From positions 1-6,708 of the forward strand of contig CAIWXP010000128.1 of assembly GCA_903916665.1 (NCBI GenBank): a DNA stretch of 6,708 nucleotides. Reading direction: 5' to 3'. The notes beneath the pieces were generated by a model. The model searched no databases. It was not told where the DNA came from and saw only the letters and a list, made by a program, of their open reading frames with translations. Shown piece by piece: positions 4,361 to 6,708 of the stretch. Source of the stretch: Candidatus Iainarchaeum sp. Its GTDB lineage: Archaea; Iainarchaeota; Iainarchaeia; Iainarchaeales; 0-14-0-20-30-16. The translations under genes and the position numbers were made by a program. Within the stretch, counting starts at the first letter, position 1. The number at the start of each line of letters is the position of its first letter.

Positions 4361-6708
4361 ATGAAACTGCAAATGTGTGTTGTTTTAATTGCACTTTTGC
4401 TTTTAATTTCCTTTTCTTTTTCTACAAAATTAATACAAATTCAAGATTCATCTAGCAATAAAAGATTAAGCTCATTTCAAATTAAATCCAATGATAACTT
4501 TTCTGCAAATAATAATGTGCAATTAATAAGTGATTCTGATTATAATGATTTATTAAACCAAAATAAAGTTATAAAAGTTATTGCATCTGTAGATTATTCT
4601 TTAATTAAACCCTATCAAATATATTCTGTTCCAGCAATAAAAGCAGATTATCTATGGTCAAAAGGAATTATAGGTACTGGCTTGAAAATTGGATTGGTAG
4701 ATTCAGGAATTTCTTATTCTTCTGATGCAATAAAAAATAAGATTTTTGCAGCAAGAGACTTTACAACTGATTATAATGTTCAATGTATTGATGGCTATGA
4801 ACATGGTTGTCTAGTTTCCAGTGTTTTAGCCGGAAATCCATTGTTAAACCCAAATTATAGAGGGGTTGCCTATGATGCAAATTTAGTTTCAGGGAAAATT
4901 TTTAATTATCAAGATCATGCGAATTTAAATAATTCACAAATTACTGATGTTTTTAATTGGATATTTTTAAATGGTGCAAAATATATTAATAATTCCTGGG
5001 GTGCATCAAAATATAATCCCTATCCTGATTGTTCTTTAACTGGTTTACTTGCAGATGGTAATACTAATGCCTTGGTTTGGGATTTTTATGATTATAATAA
5101 AGTAAAATATGGTAATGAGTTATTATTAGTTTTTGCTTCGGGAAATGAGGGACAATGTAATGGTGGTAATGGACACACACTATCAAATGATGCTTCTGCC
5201 TATAATATAATAACGGTTGGCTCTGTTAATGATAATTACAGTGCAAATAGAAATGATGATACCTATTCAAGCTTCTCTTCTCAAGGCCCAACAGATGATG
5301 GTAGAAAGAAGCCAGATTTAGTAGCACCAGGTCAAGATATAAATTCCTATAATCTTTTAGGTACCGAATATTGGTCAGGAACCAGTGCTGCTGCGCCACA
5401 TGTTACTGCTAGCGCAGCATTACTTTCTCAATTAGGATTAAGTCCTTTAGAAGTTAAATCATTGCTAATTAATAGTGCCGATGATTTATATGCATTAGGT
5501 TGGGATAGATATACTGGTTGGGGCTATATTAATTTACAAAATGCCTATGATCAAAATTCCTTTGTTAGATTATTTGATTTAAATACAGATAATTTGGTAA
5601 TTGAAAATGATTATTCAAATACAATTATTAAAGATACAAATTCAAATTATTATCTTGTTAATGCAGATAATAATACTAAATGTTCCATTGTTTGGAGAAG
5701 GGTTTTTGATAATCAATCTAATCCATTTTTACAAAATTATGATTTATATTTAACTAAATCTAATCAAAATAGTATTAGTAATTCATTAATTGACAATGTT
5801 GAACAGGTAACTATAAATGATTCAAATAATATTGGTTATTTGAAAGTTAAATGTTTGGGTAATTGTTATTCTGGCAATGATTTTAATTATGCATTAGCTT
5901 GTAATAATGATTATAATAAAATAAATTTAGACTATTATCCAATAATAAACAATGATTTTTACTATCCCAAAGGTGATGGGAATTATTCAATGGTATTTGA
6001 TTTTAACTCTATATTGCCAAATTATGATTATAATGTTCTAGTAACAAGTAAATTATATAATGGTTATTTTTATGATTTAAATAATAGTGATGGAAATATT
6101 ATAGGTTCTAAATTGTATTTTGATTTTAATTCTGATTTTAATTATTCAAGTTTTTCTTTAGATACCAATATTCTTTATATTGATTTTAATTCAATAATTA
6201 ATTTATTCTCGGATTTTAATAGTTTGCAAATAGATTCAAATTCTCCAACAATCATGGCAAATGATCAAAATATATATTATTTTGATAATTACAATTCGCA
6301 AATATTAGATTTTAATTTTAATGATGACCATTTATATTTATCAAAATTAGAATTATATTATGATTCAAATTTATTATATCAGGATATAAATTATACAAAT
6401 TTAGTTAATAAAACTGAAAATAATTTAAAATTTGATTTAAATACATTGATAAATTATCCTGGATACGATCATTATAGTTTGATTGCCAGTGCAAAAGATA
6501 TTTTTGGAAACCATTATGAAGAATCAAAAATAATTTATTCTGCGCCAGTTTTTAATTTAGTAAACTCCTATAATGATTTAAATGCTATTTATTATAAATT
6601 TGATTCTAATGATTTAAATCTTGTTTTTAATTTTGATTCTCACTATGATTATAATTTATTAGTTTTTGATTTGAATGGTTTATTAATTTCAAATGATGTT
6701 TTTAATAA
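4361..6708 (+). CDS. Secreted subtilisin-family (peptidase S8) serine protease with a C-terminal beta-sandwich and a long D/F/N/Y-rich repeat extension. The 3' end is truncated at the window edge.
   Basis: Not in the ORF track because no stop falls inside the window. I translated all 782 codons by hand and found no in-frame stop. The signal peptide is MKLQMCVVLIALLLLISFSFS. The catalytic motifs occur in the canonical order: 'GTGLKIGLVDSGI' (Asp114, nt 4700-4702), 'DGYEHGCLVSSVLAG' (His148, nt 4802-4804), 'LVFASGNEG' (oxyanion Asn262, nt 5144-5146) and 'GTSAAAPHVTASAALL' (Ser342, nt 5384-5386). Also present are 'SSFSSQGPTDDGRKKPDLVAPG' and 'YINNSWG'. Confidence 0.92.
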   Translation, partial: MKLQMCVVLIALLLLISFSFSTKLIQIQDSSSNKRLSSFQIKSNDNFSANNNVQLISDSDYNDLLNQNKVIKVIASVDYSLIKPYQIYSVPAIKADYLWSKGIIGTGLKIGLVDSGISYSSDAIKNKIFAARDFTTDYNVQCIDGYEHGCLVSSVLAGNPLLNPNYRGVAYDANLVSGKIFNYQDHANLNNSQITDVFNWIFLNGAKYINNSWGASKYNPYPDCSLTGLLADGNTNALVWDFYDYNKVKYGNELLLVFASGNEGQCNGGNGHTLSNDASAYNIITVGSVNDNYSANRNDDTYSSFSSQGPTDDGRKKPDLVAPGQDINSYNLLGTEYWSGTSAAAPHVTASAALLSQLGLSPLEVKSLLINSADDLYALGWDRYTGWGYINLQNAYDQNSFVRLFDLNTDNLVIENDYSNTIIKDTNSNYYLVNADNNTKCSIVWRRVFDNQSNPFLQNYDLYLTKSNQNSISNSLIDNVEQVTINDSNNIGYLKVKCLGNCYSGNDFNYALACNNDYNKINLDYYPIINNDFYYPKGDGNYSMVFDFNSILPNYDYNVLVTSKLYNGYFYDLNNSDGNIIGSKLYFDFNSDFNYSSFSLDTNILYIDFNSIINLFSDFNSLQIDSNSPTIMANDQNIYYFDNYNSQILDFNFNDDHLYLSKLELYYDSNLLYQDINYTNLVNKTENNLKFDLNTLINYPGYDHYSLIASAKDIFGNHYEESKIIYSAPVFNLVNSYNDLNAIYYKFDSNDLNLVFNFDSHYDYNLLVFDLNGLLISNDVFN
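4628..5551 (+). other. Peptidase S8 catalytic domain (res ~90-397).
   Basis: It runs from 'VPAIKADYLWSKGIIGTGLKIGLVDSG' to 'GWGYINLQNAY'. All four catalytic and oxyanion residues are present, so the enzyme is predicted to be active. Confidence 0.88.
5552..5905 (+). other. Post-catalytic beta-sandwich typical of extended subtilases (res ~398-515).
   Basis: The segment 'KCSIVWRRVFDNQSNPFLQNYDLYLTKSNQNSISNSLIDNVEQVTINDSNNIGYLKVKC' fits the remembered pattern [AT]L.W.d........l.N.LDL.l.........S....DNVE.V.i......G.Y.v.V found C-terminal to many S8 catalytic domains. Confidence 0.5.
5906..6708 (+). repeat. Asp/Phe/Asn/Tyr-rich repeat region of the protease (res ~516-782+), with recurring DFN/FDLN motifs and a ~207-210-residue higher-order repeat.
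   Basis: The codon string 'gat ttt aa[ct]' (DFN) occurs in frame at 5879, 5999, 6122, 6134, 6182, 6212 and 6308. The 13-mer ttgattttaattc occurs twice, 60 nt apart (6120 and 6180). 'LYFDFNS' and 'LYIDFNS' lie 20 residues apart. 'YYPKGDGNYSMVFDFNSILPNYDYNVLV' (res 534-561) recurs as 'YYKFDSNDLNLVFNFDSHYDYNLLV' (res 744-768). The shared 12-mer tatgattataat occurs at 6023 and 6644, which is 621 nt or 207 codons apart. Confidence 0.65.

Noticed and set aside
5879-6320. Recurring 'gattttaat' units, two of them 60 nt apart in an identical 13-mer, looked superficially like a short repeat-spacer array
   Set aside because: The repeats are only 9-13 nt, irregularly spaced, always in the protease reading frame (encoding DFN), and embedded in an uninterrupted ORF. 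This is codon-level protein repetition, not a CRISPR array or a non-coding repeat.
1-6708. Diversity-generating retroelement or other hypervariation system targeting the surface proteins
   Set aside because: The window contains no reverse transcriptase gene. I could not find any pair of long (>50 nt) near-identical repeats that could act as template and variable regions. The only repeats are short, coding and low-complexity.

Overview
This window is strongly AT-rich (judged by eye, not computed) and its predicted proteins are rich in Asn, Ile, Lys and Asp. All three stop codons act as stops (TGA 248-250, TAA 3082-3084, TAG 4349-4351), so the standard genetic code fits. I can support five protein-coding genes. 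I find no rRNA, tRNA, CRISPR array, transposase, integrase or recognisable defence or toxin-antitoxin module.

Minus strand, left arm:
- A 711-aa secreted modular adhesin with a C-terminal membrane anchor. It has a signal peptide, a vWA domain with a complete MIDAS that appears nested inside a DUF11-like beta-sandwich, two cadherin-like modules, low-complexity stalks, a 4-Cys 'WSxC' module and a TM anchor.
- Its TGA stop overlaps (ATGA) the start of a small 2-TM membrane protein that runs off the left edge.

Plus strand, divergent from the adhesin:
- A small P-loop kinase-like NTPase (AK6/Fap7-like). Its best start is 2560, not the 2479 given in the ORF track.
- A tight gene pair. The first gene (3158-4351) encodes a protein with a signal peptide, a C-terminal TM and two CARDB-like beta-sandwich units. 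Nine nt later comes a subtilisin-family (S8) serine protease with an intact D/H/N/S catalytic set (4361 to the right edge). It is absent from the ORF track because it is truncated, and it carries a long Asp/Phe/Asn/Tyr-rich repeat extension.

Every start has an SD-like AGGT, AGGTG, GGAG or AGGA 5-8 nt upstream. The composition, the kinase type, the BRE/TATA-like elements and the TM-anchored surface proteins suggest a small-genome uncultivated archaeon (DPANN-like). A CPR-type bacterium is not excluded.

The most interesting content is a cell-surface adhesion plus proteolysis locus with several unusual domain arrangements. All domain calls come from motif recognition by eye, not from database searches.
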